64,000 bases of DNA, from the NCBI GenBank assembly GCA_977017645.1, contig OZ360242.1, positions 61,814,001 through 61,878,000 of the forward strand, read 5' to 3'. How positions within the stretch are numbered: the stretch's first letter is position 1; each line of letters begins with the position of its first letter. The stretch comes from Torpedo marmorata. Lineage: Eukaryota. Of this stretch, positions 36,521 to 48,812 are shown piece after piece. The position numbers and the translations under genes are program-made. The notes below the pieces were generated by a model. It had not been told where the DNA came from. It did not search any database and saw only the letters and a list, made by a program, of their open reading frames with translations.

Positions 36521-39134
36521 TGACACAGCATATCCTACAATTTTATAGAATAAATGAAGTATTTTGTGGATTAATTAGAACTATTGGTCAGGGTACTGCG
36601 GAGTACTCCCTGGCCTTGTTTGAAATATGTCAGGATTTTTTTGTGCCTGAGATGGCAGATGGGGTTCAGTTTAACTTCCTATATCAGAGTGCAGAACTCC
36701 TTCAGTGTGGCACGATAAGTATTGGTTTATATTTCACGATCAAGTTCTTGAATTGGGCTCTGAACCAAAATACCAGCTGACATTAACAAGAGTGGAATGT
36801 TGTTCTCAGTTAATAATGCTAATTACACAAAATACCAGCATCAGCACTTTATACCTTTGTTTCCAAAATGTAGTTCCTTTGATTTCAAGGGGACTGAATT
36901 TTGTTAGCAGAGTACAAAGTGCATCTACTTTTACATTGTGAGGTTAATGAATACTACCTACCTAAGACAAGTTTCTTGAAATGTATTCAGGTGGACAATT
37001 TAAAAAAATCAAGCTTTGCAAAAAATCCGTATTTGAATTTTAAGTCTATGTCATACTAAACATTTGCTTTGACCAGACCAAAAATGTTAGGACTAGCTAT
37101 TATAGTGGACAGATATGTACTGTTCTCTTGTGGAGAGTAGTTTCTCTCTCTCAATAAATTATGTAGTGCTAAGATACAGTTGCCCAAATTGAATCATTAT
37201 TGATGATGCATTTTACAATCAGTTGGCTTAGGCAGGTTGACAAGAATACCTCTCAAAAATATTTTCAGCCTTATAGACATTATCTCCATCATACAGACAT
37301 GTACCTATGATCAGGTTGTAATTATTACCGGTAATTACTGAAGTGTTTTTGTTTTGGGGCTATGGTTTGACACTCTAGTATTAATGGCAAGTCTTATACA
37401 ACTCTAACCTTGCAGGTGCAATAAGTACTAATTGTTATTCATGTCAAAGATGTGTATTCTTAAAATGAATGGGGATTAGAGAGAGGGGAATTAGTGGGGA
37501 GTATGTCAGCCTTGTTTTAATTATGAAACAAAATATGTCTTACATTTCATGTACTCAAGCAACAATATATGCAAATATATACTGGCATTCTAAAAATTAT
37601 TTCAATCGAAGCCAATGCAGTTTCCATTTTAAATATTCTTAAAAATGTAAGTATAGGACTTAATGTGCCCTTTTATAGTTTAACCGTTTAATCAAAACAT
37701 ATTGAACTATTAAACAAAATATAATATTTTTCCAAATTTACCAAATACTCAGGGAGGGCACACACGAGATATTCTTTCCCTGCCCCCATGTGTTCAAAGT
37801 CCTCTATGAGCTGTGGCTAGTGTACTATCTGAGCAGAAAGCACACTAGCTACCTTCTATTGAAATGGGAATGCAGTCAAGACATGGGGTTCATCAGGCAG
37901 TAATTTTACAAATTGCGAGATACTCTTGGTCAAATACAAATAGTTCCCCAGTAAGCCAAATTGCTAGTTTCCAAAGTGGGCATTGTTTTTACCAAGCTAA
38001 CCAGTAAATTATAAAAGTTTGTAAAGGTATATCAACTTTTTGTATTGTGATGGCTATGAATCTAAGCCACAAATTGATTTGCCTAGAATTTATACTGCCA
38101 TCTTCTAAACCCCTCTTCCCTGTCGGCCGAAGGGCCTGTACTGTGTTCTATGTTCTGAACCTAATCAGCACAACTAACAACAAGCATGCCAAACTTATAA
38201 ATTCATCAACACCAATCTAAAGCCTGTTAATTACCTACCTCTGTTGCCTCTTCCTCCTCTATATCTAAACCAAACCAATTAACAGACTTCTTTCCAAATT
38301 TGCTTCATTCCTTTCTTGTCTCCTGCAAGTTCCCCATTGGGTCCGTTGGAACCTCCACTGTGCCTCTGAAGTCCCTTAACTTGTCCTGTTTTCCAAATTA
38401 CAGTCTTGTATTCTGTTTATCTGCTGTAGTTTTGAAGACGATTGAAGCTCATTTTTACATTAAATTTTTTTAATTACATCGTATATAAAGTATATATTGA
38501 AATAGTATTAGCTTTGGCATTTTGCTTGAATGTAGCAGGAGAAATATCCAACAGGTCTATTGAATTCTAAGTTACATTACTTTATGGGTTATTTTTGTGG
38601 GTTTCATACCAGCTTTGTTTTATTACCTTGAGAACTTGGATATCATCAGTCCAACAACGTGAACTTCTGCAGTCAGCTTAGCCTGCTGCTCAAACAATGA
38701 AGCTTTGTCAGTAATTGCAACCAGCATTAATAAATGAAAATTTGAAGTATTTATATAAGCCTTCCAGAAAAAATCTTTGAAAAAAAAAACTCCATGCATA
38801 TTTGTTAAAGGGTGTTCTCTTGTCCTTGGTGGTAGAGTTTACAGGTTTGGGAGGTGGTGCCATAGTAGTGCACAGAGAGCTACCAGCCCACTAACAGAGC
38901 AATGGGCAGCTTCAAACTGTTGATGTCAAGCAGTATTGGGAGGATTATTTGCAGATTCATTTGGGGATGGAGGGGAGTCTGGGTTAAGGTGCAGGCTTTG
39001 GGTGCTGCAGCACCAACAGTTGGTGGGGATAATGAATGGCAACTGAGGAGCAGAGGTAAAGAGGACAATTGGTGGTAATCAGAGGCACTCTAGGAGAAAG
39101 AGGAACTTGCTAGCTGGAATTTAGGGACTATACT

Positions 39135-39502
39135 TGCTGGAATTTAGAAAAAGGAAAGATCATATCATAACATAAAAACTATGAAAGGAATGGGTAAGAT
39201 AGAAGCAGCTAGGTGAGATTAGAACGAGGGGACATTTCCTAAAGATTCAGGGGAGTAGATTTAGGTCAGAGATCAGGAGAAACTGCTTTCCCAGAGAGTA
39301 GTGAACCTGTGGCATTCTCTGTCCAAGAAAGCAGTAGAGGTTGCCTCATTAAATATATTTAAAACACAGATAAGGGTCATGGGGAAAAGGCAGGTAAGTG
39401 GAGCTGAGCCCACAGCCAGATGAGCCATGATCTTCCCGAATGGCGGAGTAGGCTCGACGTGCCAGATGGCCGACTTCTGCTTCTATCTCTTACGTTCTTA
39501 TG
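39135..39502 (+). mobile_element. CR1 3' fragment, same family as 33339
   Basis: GGAGAAACTGCTTTCCCAGAGAGTAGTGAACCTGTGG...CTTACGTTCTTATG tail. Confidence 0.8.
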
Positions 39503-40379
39503 AGGTTGGCAGCAAGAGTGCAGAGTAAGATGAGGGTACAGGATGTCAGAGAGAAAGGGGGCAATGGAATAGTGAAAGAACTAAAAGGGTAAGGGGTGAG
39601 CTGAAGGAAGCACATGAGGGAAGTAGACCAAGAGTAGGATGTTGATTTAGAGAGAGAGAAGAGAGATGAAAATAGAAGACAGGGATGGGTAATTGAAAAA
39701 GAGAGGAATTAATTTGGTGGGTGTACAAGATAAAGCGTCTGGGCAATATCATGGTAGTTTGTGTCTGTATGTGTGTCAGTGGGCAGAGAGCACAATTAAA
39801 TGTTTGTATGCATGTATGTGCCCAAGTACAAATATAACAAGTCTGTACAACAGAGCCTTGGTCTCCAACCATTTTGAACCGTCTAGCCTGTCTCTGTCAG
39901 GCCTGTGTGGCAGCTGATGTGCAATATTTAAAGAATTCCCACACAAGCATTTTCAACTTCTCAGAATTGTAGTAAAAGCAAAACATCCTTGACTCTGAGG
40001 GGTTTGCCTAATAAGAATTACTATGATGGAATGGGAGTTTTTTTCCCCCTTTTGGTATCAATGATTACCAAGTGGGAATGGATCCTTACTAGTTATCTAA
40101 CTTTGCTTGAAACAATTGCCAAGTTGTAATAAATGGTCACGATTGTCACGTGTGGCTGCCATCATGTCAACCCATCCCTCCATTTTGTTGGCTTTGTGGT
40201 GTTCTGCGTCTGACCATTTTTTTTCTGCAATATCACCTGCTGCTTTAAAATAAATCATCATTTCTTTTCAAGACTTAACTACCTCCAGATTTCTGGAGGA
40301 TATGACATCTTAAGGTTAGATTTTTACCACTGAATTCTAACCTGTTCCCATTCCATTTTTTTTGTCATCCTCTATCCAG

Positions 40380-40490
40380 AGCCCAGAGACAGTTTTTAAC
40401 TGGCTCAGTGAATTCCAACTCCAGCAGTATGCTGCTAACTTTATCAATGCTGGCTATGACATTCCAACCATCAGCCGCATGACCCCTGAG
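40380..40490 (+). CDS. CASKIN1: CASKIN1 SAM1 exon (N-terminal half)
   Basis: Long pyrimidine tract, tatccag|AGC...GAG|gtaagt, 111 nt, phase 0-0. Encodes [37 protein letters not shown]. Confidence 0.97.
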
Positions 40491-41417
40491 GTAAGTCTGC
40501 AAACACCAGGAGGAACTAGTGTTAAAAGAGACCGAGTGAGATACCTCTGTGTGACATTGGCCTTCGAATGCAATATGTGCGTTTAAATAAAATTGCTTTG
40601 CCTACTACCTGAGCAATGTGGAATCCGTTAAAATGGCAAACATTTCATACAAACTCATTAATGTTTATACATTAATATGCACACCAAGCTTTGTGCATTA
40701 GACACTAACAGAAAAATGCCCAGCTGCGATCATATTCCATTGCATATCACCCAAAAAGTGAAAGTGCATGAGCAAAAAGCTGTTCTTGATTATTTAGTCA
40801 GAACAGTTTCCAGGGAAACTACAGACTCCTTACACCATAAGATGCAAAGGAAGCACTCAAGGTTCCCTGTAATAATTAAGTATGTTGTTCACTGAGGACT
40901 GATTTTAATTTTTACAAAGACTGCAGATTTATTTGTCGTAGATTATATCATTCACTGTTGTAGAATCCAACACTTAACCTATTATCTCTCAAGCCTTTCC
41001 TGACATGGTGATTCATGCAAAGTACTCAATGACCCCTGCCACTATCCAAGTAACAAAATTCCACAGGCCGCCCTTAGTGACACAAATTCTTCCAATTCCA
41101 TTACATTTTAATCTGTCTCAAGTGGTCCTGCAAATCAAAAAATAAAGTTCTTTCATGAAATGATTTTGTCCATTTTGCGTTCAAGTTCTTATTACTTATA
41201 GGTTGCAATTATATTTACATGATTATGTATCCATTTAAGGAAGAAAACTAATCTTCAAAGGATTAAAGCAGAGCATGACAAATATTTGGTTTGGTGATGT
41301 ATGAATGCAAATGCCACCAAGTATGCTGGGGAATTGAATTTCAACTAATTAAATAAGCCTGGAATAAAAAGATAGTAACAGTAAAAGCTATTACTGGGAA
41401 AGAAATCTTATTAACGT

Positions 41418-41652
41418 TTAGTGTAGTGGTTAGCGCCACACTATTACAGCACCAGTGACGGGGGTTCGAATCCGGCGCTGTCTGTAAGGAGTTTGTACGT
41501 TCTCCCCATGTCTGTGTAGGTTTCCTCTGGTGCTCTGGTTTCCTCTCACCCTTCAAAAACGTATGGGGAGTGTAGATTAATTGGTGTATTTGGGGTGCAT
41601 GGGCTTGTGTGCCGGAAGGGCCTGTTACTGTGCTGTATGTCTAAATTTAAAT
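41418..41652 (+). mobile_element. HE1-like V-SINE
   Basis: TAGTGTAGTGG A box, GGTTCGAATCC B box, GGAGTTTGTACGTTCTCCCC V domain, GAAGGGCCTGTTACTGTGCTGTATGTCTAAATTT tail. Confidence 0.9.
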
Positions 41653-41659
41653 TTATCTT

Positions 41660-41765
41660 AATCTGGAGCAACACACAAAATGCTGGAGGAACTGAGCAGG
41701 TCAGGCAGCATCCGTGGAAGCAATAGATAGTGAACATTTCAGGCCGAAACCCTTCATCAGGAATA
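41660..41765 (-). mobile_element. Penelope pLTR fragment with hammerhead-like core
   Basis: ACACAAAATGCTGGAGGAACTGAGCAGGTCAGGCAGCATC; the minus strand reads CCTGATGAAGGGTTTCGGCCTGAAATGTT. Confidence 0.75.
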
Positions 41766-42157
41766 GCAAAATTTTATCCTGTATGCTTTACAAATGACTT
41801 CAGGCCAACAGTAATACAGAAAAGTCATGTAGCATTCATGGAGAGAGAAACAGAGTCAATAGTTCAGGTCAATGAAATTTCATCAAAATTGGGAATAGTT
41901 AGGTTTAAGGCAAAAACTATTTATCCTCTGAAGTTTTATTTTAACTTAAATGGATACATAACCATGTAGCATTAATTGCACGTTAAAATTGATAAGAATT
42001 TGAAGCGGACAATAATAAAACCATTTATGAGATAACTATGTATTAATTTTAGGGGGCCAGTAGGCATATGAAAAAAAATTAAGGGAATTTGAAGAACTTA
42101 TGTTACTGTGAGTGGCCTGCAGTTTTGCTACTTTGATAGTGGTAGAGGCCAATAAAC

Positions 42158-42619
42158 AGAATCAGAATTTATTGTCATGAACAAGTCATGAAATCCGGTG
42201 TTTTGCGGCAGCATCGTAGTGCAAACATTCATATTATGAACCATCTTACAACAATAATATAAAAAAATAAAAATAGTAGTGCACAAAAAGTAAGGCAGTG
42301 TCTTTGGTTCATTGATTATTCAGGAATCTGATGGCAGCGGGGAAGAAGCTGTCTTTGTGCCGTTGAGTGCTTATCTTCAGGCTCCTGTACCTTTTTCCCG
42401 ATGGTAGCAGAGTGAAGAGGGCATGGCCTGGGTGGTGGGGGTCTTTGAGGATAGAGGCTGCTTTTTTAAGACACCGCCTCGTGTAGATGTCCTCGATGGA
42501 GTGAAGTTTGGTGCCTGTGATGTCGCAGGCCAAGTTAACAACCCTCTGTAGTTTTTTCTTGTCCAACAATCCTCTGTAGTTTTTTCTTGTCCAACAATCC
42601 TCTGTAGTTTTTTCTTGTC
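42158..42619 (-). mobile_element. short Rex1 3' fragment whose 5' junction is a triplicated 28-mer
   Basis: [35 protein letters not shown]. Three copies of AACAA(C/T)CCTCTGTAGTTTTTTCTTGTCC at 42537-42619, the last one base short. Confidence 0.92.
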
Positions 42620-45264
42620 ACAGGCCTTCAGCCCACGATGTTGTGCTGACCTATATTACACCTGTCAATCTGCCTGGGGCACCATTTCAGGAAAGGTCTT
42701 GAGACAAAATAGGAGGTAAAAGTGTTGGATTATATAGCAGTGGATAACAGGCAGTTCTGTAAAGATCCAGAGTGGTTAGGAATTTGGAGGGAGGGGTTCA
42801 AATGGATCAGGAATTCCATCAGTAACTTTAATTCTCTGTTTCACTCTTGCTCTGCCCTCTCTAACCTATTCCAAGCTGCAGGAATAGTACCTTCACCTTC
42901 CAACTTAGCACATTAGTACACAATAATATGGTTGCTTCTTCCCTCAGAAAGCCAATCACATTTTAAGGACAGTTAGGAATAGACCCTAAATTGAAAAGAA
43001 TTGGACAATAACCTAAAGTACAATTGTTTATACCGGGTACTTCCTTCCCAAGCCACTGATATTGGTTAAAGTCGTCAGTTCTCCCTTTTTTAAATAAAAT
43101 GACTACTAAGAAATTAGTGGTCAATCATTAAAACCTATGTTATTTAGATTAAAAGCTTTTGGTATCATCGTCATTGATCTCCCCTTATATTTTATCCCAC
43201 ATCAGAAACCATAATGATATCACCTGGCAATAAATAGTCACTGTTGGCCAAAAGCTTTCTGGTTCTCTGTGAGTAAAAGTTTGTATGAATTAGTTTTGGG
43301 AATTACTCTGCATTTTGAATGGCAGGTGCTTGAAGCCTGGAGTTTGCTGTTAATGTTTTCCAGATGTATGAATTGAACTGCAGCAGGGTAGGTGAAGATC
43401 AGAGAACAAATCAAACAAAGTTAAGATGAAAATAAGGAAATATGATTAGAAAGTTATTCAAAACTGTGAATTATTCAGAATTGCACAGGATTTTGTGCAT
43501 CAGGTCATATGAAATTAAGTTTAGGGCAGAAGGTTGGCTGAATTGGCCCATGATGTCTCCCTTCAATCCTCCATACTAACCTTGTTTGGGTATTGACCCA
43601 ACACGAGACTCTGCTCTTCCTTCCTTCCCATTTTACCCCTGATCTTTCCCAATTTTTCCTCTCAAAGGCTCCCGTCTCCATTCAGCCTCCTTCAGCTAAG
43701 AAGGAGGATGAATGTCGAGCAAGTGATGGACTTCTTCTCAACTATGGCACCAGCTCAGTCGACAGGAGGCATGCAGCCTCAAGGGCAAGGCATTCTAAAC
43801 CAGACTTACCTCCCCCGAAGGTGAGAGATTCTAATAATGTGCGACATTCAATTAGCTGACTAGAAACAACTCTTCTATTCACTGATTCAAAATTCCAGTC
43901 TGAAGGAAGGGAATTAGATGGTCCTAAATCTTTAAGTCATTGAAATGATTTATTACACCGAACAAAGACCAACGCCCAACATAGCCCTAAACCTGATATA
44001 AACTTTAAAGAAGGAGGGTTCTTGGCTTTCCAGACCATTGATTGAAGATGATGAGGAAAAATCTAACATAATCTATCCATGTTAAATATAACAGAACCAG
44101 TTACCAAGGCATTTTTGCACATCAGCTGATTTTAATTTTCATTTAAGTTAATTTTGTACAGACTGTGGAAGGTATACATTTGCTATTCCCATGGGACCTA
44201 TATCTGGTGAGTCAGGATAACAATGACCTTATGTGAAAGATACCCTTGCATTGCTCATTTTAACCCAGCAATAATAAAAGCATAGACATTCATCTTCTAA
44301 AGTATGCACTAAATAAGCAATATAGTGGCATGAGCGCATAAAACTCCTTTACTGAAATTCAGTTGCATTAAAATCAATAGAACCAGTTTTCAATGTGCAT
44401 ATATCATGATATCATGCATTTATTGCAGTTAACAGAGGATAACTTTCTACAAAATTCAGTTTAGAAATAAGATGGCAATTTCTGGGTCATTCCATGATCT
44501 TTGGATATGAGTCTGTATGAAGATCAGTTCCAAGCTCTTTATTAATAGAAGTCTGGAACACTTTGGCATGTTGGCCTCTCTGAGTGCCCTAACACGTGGT
44601 CTATTTCAAGTGAAATTATGGGATGAGAAATTGAGAATTCAAAGTTACTTTTTACTACTTCTCCCTTCAAAACCCCACCCACATCCCAAGAATTGTGAAG
44701 GAAGTTATGAAAATCCCACTTCCAAACAAGTTCAATGCAGTTGAAATCCCAGAAACCCCTATGAATCTCTCAATGAGACATCAAGGGGGTTCATGAGGGC
44801 AATTTTAATGGAACACAACTTTCAGGAAGCTCAATCCTGCCAACGTGGAGAATATAGGGCAGGATAAAGATCCAGTTTCACAGGATCTTGTGAGTTTGTC
44901 ATCCAGCGAGTTGGGTTAAAATGGCTCGGTGTTATTGAGCAGCACATATTGGACCCTTTACAAAACATGACAAATTAAATTGCATCATTCCTGACAACTT
45001 GTGCAAAATGTTGCAAGCGTCACCGCTTAATGCATATCAATTATATCAACTGTATTTTGCTGCAATGGCATTGAGTTAAATCATCTGCAACCCAACTCTC
45101 TAGACTAGAGTCACAGTTGGTATTGGAAGGGTATAATTTCTAACTGGCTTTTGGAAACCACTGATCTCAGTTTAGTCATTGTTAGCTTTGGCCTAATACC
45201 ACTTCCATTGTGAATTTCACCTTCAACAATGGCATCTTCAATTGTAACAAACTCTGTGTTCTAG

Positions 45265-45366
45265 GATCTAACAGCAATTGGAGTAACAAAACCCGGACAT
45301 AGGAAAAAGATTGCCATTGAAATAAATCGCCTGAATATCTCAGAGTGGTTGCCCAACTACCAACCA
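45265..45366 (+). CDS. CASKIN1: CASKIN1 SAM1 exon (C-terminal half and linker)
   Basis: gttctag|GAT...CCA|gtaagt, 102 nt, phase 0-0. Encodes [34 protein letters not shown]. Confidence 0.97.
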
Positions 45367-45859
45367 GTAAGTTTTATCACGTACTTCAACATCAAAAGGC
45401 TTTTCATTCTTAGTCAGTGAACCATATGTCCTTGAACTTCCCTCCAGTACCAATTCATGCCATCTTCTTGTCTTGATCCCAAACCTAACCCAAATCCAAA
45501 TCATTTTTTTTTTACATGTCAGCCACCATCTCATACATTCCAGACTGTTTCAATCTAAGTTGTGTTGTAATTTGCCAGCAAGTAGGACTTATTCAATGCG
45601 TAATATGCATAGGAGGACTGAAATATAAAAATAGGGTTCACAGGATTTGAAAGAGAATGCATTAACAAATCAGCAGCAAGTCATTATTCGAATGCTGTGA
45701 TAGATTGCACTGCCTAATCACTAACATAAAAGCCAATCTCGTGGCAGTTAATACAGCCAAATTTGAGTCGTTAAATAAAACGGAGGAAGTTTAGGAATTA
45801 AAAAGCAGCTTCAATTGACACCAATGGAAAATAAAATTGAGGTGAGCTATGCAAGAGAT

Positions 45860-46130
45860 ATGGTAGCATCATAGTGGTTACTGGATCAGCATCCAGAGGC
45901 TTGGGGTATTGATCTGGAGATTTAAGTTCAAATCCCACCATGGAGTGGTATGGAACTTAAATTCAAGGAATGAAATAAATCAGTTTTATTTCAAAACTAG
46001 TATTAATAAAGGTCACCATGGTACAAGACTGTTGTAAAAGGCCACCTGATTCATTAATGCTTTACTTACCTGATCTGAACTATGTGACTCCAGATCTACT
46101 TATGTGGTTGAAACTTAACTACCGTCCAAA
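45860..46130 (+). mobile_element. old tRNA-derived SINE (related pieces near 22130 and 58660)
   Basis: B-box-like AGTTCAAATCCCACCATGG and body TGTGACTCCAGA..TGTGGTTGA, which recurs at 22195-22230. Confidence 0.55.
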
Positions 46131-46164
46131 CAATGAAAGGATAACTGAATCAAATTGACTATTA

Positions 46165-46639
46165 CAGGTTGTACACTCTTATCCGGCACTCTGTGGTCCG
46201 GCAACTCCCATGGTCCGGCACGTTTGAATCTGACGCCGTTAGTACAAACTCCTTACAGACAGCGCGGGACTCGAACCCCGGTCCCGATCGCTGGCGCTGT
46301 AAAGGCGTTGCGCTAACCGCTACGCTAACCGTGCTGCCCACTTAGTTATAAGTATATATTGCTAGTATGGTTTGCCATCTCCTTTATAAATACTCATGAT
46401 ATCTCTGCATTCTTCAATCAAATTATAAATTGGTGTGTACAATGCTTGAACCCCGGTCCCGATCGCTGACGCTGTAAAGGCATTACGCTAACCGCTATGC
46501 TAACCGTGCCGCCCCACAGTATTATTTCCTGTTTTAAGCTTTGTTCTACCTTTGATATGTCCATTTCTGTTTTCCGGCATTTTCTGTAGTCCGGCAATGG
46601 CCAGGTCCCAACGTCGCCGGATTAAAGAGGTACAACCTG
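46165..46639. mobile_element. Tc1/mariner (Tigger/pogo-like) MITE containing two SINE heads
   Basis: TA|CAGGTTGTACACTCTTATCCGGC ... GCCGGATTAAAGAGGTACAACCTG|TA, with internal TCCGGCA subterminal repeats. Confidence 0.9.
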
Positions 46640-46644
46640 TACTA

Positions 46645-48812
46645 CAACTAGGGAACATAGCCTCAAGTTTCGGTGGGAGTAGATTTAGGATGGAGATGAG
46701 GAGGAATGGCTTTTCCAAGGGAGTAGTGAATCTGTTGAAATATCTGCCTAAGGGAGCAGTAGAGGCTGCTTCATTAAATATAGTTAGACACAGATAGGTT
46801 TTTAAAAAAAATATTTTTATTGATTTTATACATTTAAAAAAACCAGTACATAGTTTATATGGAATGCAAATCGTAAGAAATTACACAAATCAACATATTA
46901 CATCGCATCCATAATAACATAACAAAAGTTAATATAATATACAAAGAAAAAAAACCAAAAACAAAAATCAAAAATTAATCAAAACCCCATCCCCCTAACA
47001 ACGTTGCATGGCAGAAAGAAACAACAATAAACTTCACTCCTAAAAGTGAAATGAAAAAAAGACAACAAAACTCAGATTATAAATTATATCTAATGATTGT
47101 GATAATAATTCAAAAATGGTCCCCACAACGCTTGGAAACTTATGCTAGAATTATTAATTGAATATCGAATCTTTTCTAAACTTAAACAAAACATAATATC
47201 TTTCAGCCACTGAGCATGAGTAGGCGGGGCGGCATCCTTCCACCTGAGTAGTACAGCATGTCTAGCCAAAAGAGAAGTAAAAGACAAGATGCGACATTTA
47301 TTTGGAGACTAAAAAACATCAATCTTCTCCCGTTGTACCGAAAAGAGCTACCAAAGGATTCGGTTCTAACTTTAGATCAAAGATAAAGTTTGGAAAACCT
47401 CCTTCCAGTACTTTTCAAGACTAGGACAGGACCAAAGCATGTGAATTAAAGAGGCCTCACCTCTTTTGCATTTATCACAACACGAATTTACCTCTGGATA
47501 GAAACGAGATAATTTGGCTTTGGAAATATGGGCCCTGTGTACAACTTTAAATTGTAATAAACAATGGCGGACACATAACGACATAGTATTGACTAACCTA
47601 AAAATTGAATCCCAGATCTCTTCCGATATAGACAAATTTAAATCCTGTTCCCAAGCATTTTTAATTTTAAGTATCGGGGCATACCTTAGGTCAGCCATTT
47701 CATTATAAATAAAGGATATTAAACCTTTACGCGAAGGTTATAAACTAAAAAATCTTATCCATGACATTCACATCTGGTACCCTAGGAAAACCAGGTATTT
47801 GAAATTGAAGAAAATGCTTGATTTACAAATATCTTTTTAAAAAATGAGTATTCGGTAAATTGTACTTCTCAGAGAGTTATTGAAATGATGCAAAACTATT
47901 ATCAAAAAAAAAGATCTCTGAAACGCTCAATACCCTTTCTGTGCCAAATTTGAAAAGCAGAATCTTGCAAAGCTGGTTGGAAAAGGTGATTGAATAAAAC
48001 TGGACTTTAAAGAAAAAAATCATGAAATCCAAAATGCTTCCTGAACTGAACCCATACTCTCACAGAGTATCTGACAACTGGATTGTCAATTGACTTATCT
48101 AAAGAGAAAGGGAGTGAGGATCCAAGAAGCGCTGGAAAGGAATTTTTTTTAGCAAAGTTAAGCTCCATTGTAACCCATGATGGACAATCGACTCGGTTAT
48201 GAAAATATAACCAAAACGTGAGGTTACGTATATTAACCACCCAATAACAAAACTTAAAGCCATGCCTCCATTCCTTTTCGATTTTTGTAAATGAATTTTA
48301 TTTAGACGAGGGCGCTTACCCTTCCAAATATAAAATGATATAGCCAAATCAAGCAAGTCAAAAAACGATTTAGGAATAAAAATTGGTATAGATTGAAAAA
48401 GGTATAAAAGTTTGGGTAGAATATTCATTTTAATAGAATTAATACGGCCAACCAAAGTTATAGACAGGGGAGACCAATGCGTAAAAGATTGTTTCACATG
48501 CTTTAATAAGTTAAGAAAATTTTCTTTGAAAATATGTTTATGATTTTTAGTAACTATGATACCAAGATAAATTAATTGATTTCTCACAATCTTAAAAGGA
48601 GAACTAGTATACATTGAAGCAGACGCATTCAAAGGAAGAAGTTCACTTTTATGTAAATTTAAGGATAAGTTTTTGCATTGTAGGGGAATTAAGTGCTATG
48701 GGAAAAGGCGGGTAAGTGGAGCTGAGTCCAAGACCAGATCAGCCATGATCTTTAGTGGAGCAGGCTCGACAGGCAGATGGATTACTCCTGCTCCCATTTC
48801 TTATGTTCTTAT
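46645..48812 (+). mobile_element. CR1 3' fragment (46645-46803 and 48664-48812) split by an L1 insertion
   Basis: FRMEMRRNGFSKGVVNL on the left. The 3' UTR continues TAGGGGAATTAAG..ATTTCTTATGTTCTTAT on the right. Confidence 0.85.
46804..48663 (-). mobile_element. 5'-truncated L1 (RT C-terminus to polyA) with TSD
   Basis: ORFs YLGI..TLVGRINSIKMNILPKLLYLFQ, CDKCKRGEASLIHMLWSCP, LEKIRY..WGPF. AATAAA lies near 46815. The 11-bp TSD is GATAGGTTTTT (46793-46803) / GATAAGTTTTT (48664-48674). Confidence 0.95.

Noticed and set aside
40362-40586. 74-aa ORF, and similar ORFs at 8127, 20283 and 29719, as stand-alone small genes
   Set aside because: Each is a CASKIN1 exon plus intronic read-through; the homology stops at the AG/GT boundaries.
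42537-42619. 28-bp direct repeats as a CRISPR array
   Set aside because: The repeats are contiguous with no spacers, derive from Rex1 coding sequence, and lie in vertebrate DNA with no cas genes.
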